NCBI GenBank assembly: GCA_036338695.1
Contig: JAYZBQ010000015.1
Span: forward strand, 1 to 64,000
Length of the DNA stretch: 64,000 nucleotides
Origin: Myxococcota bacterium
Lineage (GTDB): Bacteria > Myxococcota > UBA4151
Direction: 5' to 3'
A program made the translations under genes and the position numbers. Positions 61,653 through 64,000 of the stretch are shown piece after piece (within the stretch, counting starts at the first letter, position 1; the number at the start of each line of letters is the position of its first letter). The notes beneath the pieces were generated by a model. That model saw nothing but the letters and a program-made list of their open reading frames with translations. It did not search any database and was not told the DNA's origin.

Positions 61653-61665
61653 TGGAGAGGTTGAG

Positions 61666-63456
61666 ATGATGATGCATAGGTCGTTTTATTCGCTTGGCTT
61701 GACGGCGCTTCTCGCTGTGGCGGCTTGCTCTGAGGCTGAGCCGATCGGTCCGGGCGACGGTGGACCGCTTGTTGATGCTGCGACGCCGATGGATACGGGG
61801 GATCCCTGTAGCCAAGAGAACATGCAGAGTGATCCCGACAATTGTGGCTCCTGCGGCAACCGTTGTGTCCTCTTTGGCGCGGACGCCGTCTGCGAAGAGG
61901 GTGCGTGTGGTCTCGGAGCCTGCCGCGCCGGATACGTTGACCTGAACGGCGACCCGAGCGACGGCTGTGAGTATCAATGTGAAGTGACCGACCCCCTCGA
62001 TCCGATCGATGAGCTGGGGCGGGACGAAAACTGCGACGGCTTCGACGGTCTCCTGAGTCAGTTGATTTTCGTGAGTCCGAGCGGGGATGATGGCGCCGAC
62101 GGCTCCCAAGCCGAGCCGGTTGCGAGCTTCGCCGCTGCGCTTGAGCTCGTGGAGCCAGAGGGTAACCGTCGAGCGATCGTGATCGCCGAGGGGACGTACA
62201 GCCTGGACGGTATTGGGCAGGTGCCGGCAGGTGTGTCCTTGCACGGTGGGTTTCGTAACGATGGTCGCTGGACCCGCGACGCCGAGGCGCGTGCGACCTT
62301 CGGTGAGACGGTGGCGCCGTTGGTCATCGGTGGTGGATCGGGTGTGACGATCGAGGGGCTTGAGCTGAGCACGCAGAGTCGCGACGTCGATCGTGACGGA
62401 CCGGGCGCTGCGGCGGTGGGCTTAGTGATCCGCAATGGCACGGGGGTGCGTGGGCACAACCTGATCGTGCGTGCTGGGCAGGGGAGCGACGGCGTCGCTG
62501 GCCGTCCCGGGCTAGACGGCGCTGTCGGCGGCAACGGCGGACGCGGCGGAAACGGCTGTGAGGACTCGAGCGGGATCTGTGACAGCTGCGATCGCCCACG
62601 TGGCGGAACCGGTGGTTCCAGCCCTTGCGGTAGCTCCGGAGGTGCCGGCGGCACACCCGGCAAAGGCGAGGGCAACGGCTCGGCGGGTGCCAGCGGTGCG
62701 CCGGGGCTCGGTGAGGCTGCGGAGGGCTTTCCAGAGGGTGAAAACGGCGCCGGCGGAGCCGCAGGCCAGGCAGGCGGCGGTTTTCAGAGCGGCGGTCAAG
62801 GAGGCGTTGGCGCAACCGGCGCCGCGGGTACGGACGGCGCCGGTGGCGCCGAGGCGGGTCGTTTTGAAGAGTTGACCTATCAGCCTGCCTCTGGAGAAGC
62901 CGGTGGTGTCGGCGGCGCTGGCGGCGGCGGGGCTGGCGGCGGCGGCGGCGGCGGCGGCGGGCGTGGTTGGGCTTGTGATCGCTACGGCGGCGCCGCAGGC
63001 GGTGGCGGTGGCGGCGGTTGCGGCGGAACGGGCGGCGGCGCGGGATCGGGCGGTGGTGCCTCGGTTGCGCTGCTGGTGCTGTCCGGGTCCCCGCAGCTGA
63101 CCCTCTCGACCTTTACGACGCTCGGTGGCGGCGCAGGGGCACCTGGTGCGCTCGGCGGCCTTGGCGGCGCAGGGGGCGACGGGGGTGACGGCGGAAATCG
63201 CTCAGACGACTCGGGCGCAGGCGGAACCGGCGGCAACGGTGGAGACGGCGGCTTGGGCGGAACCGGCGGTTCAGGCGGCGGGGGCCCAAGCATCGGTGTT
63301 TGGCTAGCCGATGGCTCGCAAGGGCAGGTCGCGAGCTGTATCTTTGAGCTGGGTCGAGGTGGCGAGGGGGGATTAGGCGCCACGCGCAGCCAGGACGCAG
63401 AGCCCGTCAACTCAGGCGCCGCTGGTTTGAGTGTATCGGTGTACTCGGCTCCGTGA
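61666..63456 (+). CDS. Lipoprotein with Cys modules, a DUF1565-like domain and a PGRS-like Gly-rich region
   Basis: Lipobox VAAC; DPDNCGSCGNRC, DENCDGFDG, FVSPSGDDGADGS; GGxGGxG repeats. Confidence 0.82.
   Translation: MMMHRSFYSLGLTALLAVAACSEAEPIGPGDGGPLVDAATPMDTGDPCSQENMQSDPDNCGSCGNRCVLFGADAVCEEGACGLGACRAGYVDLNGDPSDGCEYQCEVTDPLDPIDELGRDENCDGFDGLLSQLIFVSPSGDDGADGSQAEPVASFAAALELVEPEGNRRAIVIAEGTYSLDGIGQVPAGVSLHGGFRNDGRWTRDAEARATFGETVAPLVIGGGSGVTIEGLELSTQSRDVDRDGPGAAAVGLVIRNGTGVRGHNLIVRAGQGSDGVAGRPGLDGAVGGNGGRGGNGCEDSSGICDSCDRPRGGTGGSSPCGSSGGAGGTPGKGEGNGSAGASGAPGLGEAAEGFPEGENGAGGAAGQAGGGFQSGGQGGVGATGAAGTDGAGGAEAGRFEELTYQPASGEAGGVGGAGGGGAGGGGGGGGGRGWACDRYGGAAGGGGGGGCGGTGGGAGSGGGASVALLVLSGSPQLTLSTFTTLGGGAGAPGALGGLGGAGGDGGDGGNRSDDSGAGGTGGNGGDGGLGGTGGSGGGGPSIGVWLADGSQGQVASCIFELGRGGEGGLGATRSQDAEPVNSGAAGLSVSVYSAP
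62935..62958 (+). repeat. (GGC)8 trinucleotide tract encoding poly-Gly
   Basis: Eight consecutive GGC codons followed by GGG. Confidence 0.85.
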
Positions 63457-64000
63457 TCGTCGGTATCGACGAGGTCGGGCGCGGCCCGTTAGCGGGCCCC
63501 GTCGTCGCCTGTGCGCTCCGCCAAGACCCTCGCCTCGACGGGCTTGAGTGGGCGGACTCAAAGGCGCTCTCTTCGGAGCAGCGCCAGAGCTTCTTGAGCA
63601 GGTTGCAGGGCTTGGGTATCCCGCACGAGCTCGGGCAATGTGACGCCGCGGAGGTGGATGCCCTCAACATACTTCAAGCGACCTTCTTGGCGATGCGTCG
63701 TGCGGTCGAGCGGCTTGAGCGAGCGACTGGCGAGCGGGTGGAGCACGCGCTGGTCGACGGACCGCACGATCCTGGCCTCAGCTGCGCCGTGACGACGGTG
63801 GTGAAGGGGGACGCTCAGGTCCCGTGCATCGGGGCGGCCTCGATCGTGGCCAAGGAGGCGCGTGATCAACAGATGATTACTCTAGCGGACCAGTTCCCTG
63901 CTTATGGTCTGGATCGTCACAAAGGCTACGGAACCGCTGAACACCTCGAAGCGCTGGCTCAGAAGGGGCCGTGCCCTGAGCATCGCCTCAGCTTCGCCCC
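63453..64000 (+). CDS. rnhB: Ribonuclease HII (3' partial; absent from the ORF track)
   Basis: GTGA overlap; MIVGIDEVGRGPLAGPVVACA, DSKAL, NILQAT, VDG, VKGD..IGAASIVAK..RD, HKGYGT..H. Confidence 0.95.
   Translation, partial: MIVGIDEVGRGPLAGPVVACALRQDPRLDGLEWADSKALSSEQRQSFLSRLQGLGIPHELGQCDAAEVDALNILQATFLAMRRAVERLERATGERVEHALVDGPHDPGLSCAVTTVVKGDAQVPCIGAASIVAKEARDQQMITLADQFPAYGLDRHKGYGTAEHLEALAQKGPCPEHRLSFA

Noticed and set aside
61666..63456. Mycobacterial PE-PGRS gene or horizontal transfer
   Set aside because: No PE domain; lipobox and Cys modules typical of myxobacterial proteins; similarity is compositional

Overview
GC-rich core-chromosome segment, most likely from a myxobacterium-like (Myxococcota/deltaproteobacterial) genome. 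This taxonomy is inferred from gene content. No CRISPR array, integrase, transposase or prophage was seen. In order, the window holds: rpoD with a [15 protein letters not shown] N-terminus (starts upstream of the window); a minus-strand operon led by a tRNA-CAT; nitrilase-hypothetical-UvrD/PcrA; rimP leader and rimP-nusA-ylxR-infB-rbfA-truB; a cyclophilin followed by a ~20 kb single-strand gliding-motility cluster (CglB-like VWA adhesin, OM beta-barrel, GltC/D/E/F/G, probable GltH, two TPR-like proteins, GltJ); nif3; fused 2-oxoacid dehydrogenase E1; two ABC exporter half-transporters; three Cys-rich lipoproteins; a PafB/PafC-like WYL pair coupled to rseP; tRNA-Arg(CCT); tmk-mutS-dprA-trmFO; a Gly-rich lipoprotein; and a partial rnhB. 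Most worth following up: (1) apparently nested (Matryoshka-like) insertion of 4-Cys modules in surface lipoproteins, including the CglB homologue; (2) the unified adhesin plus Glt operon; (3) the PafBC-like pair with a near-match PafBC promoter motif upstream of dprA; (4) a recurring D-[AGT]-G motif just after lipoboxes. All family calls come from motif recognition by eye, not database searches.
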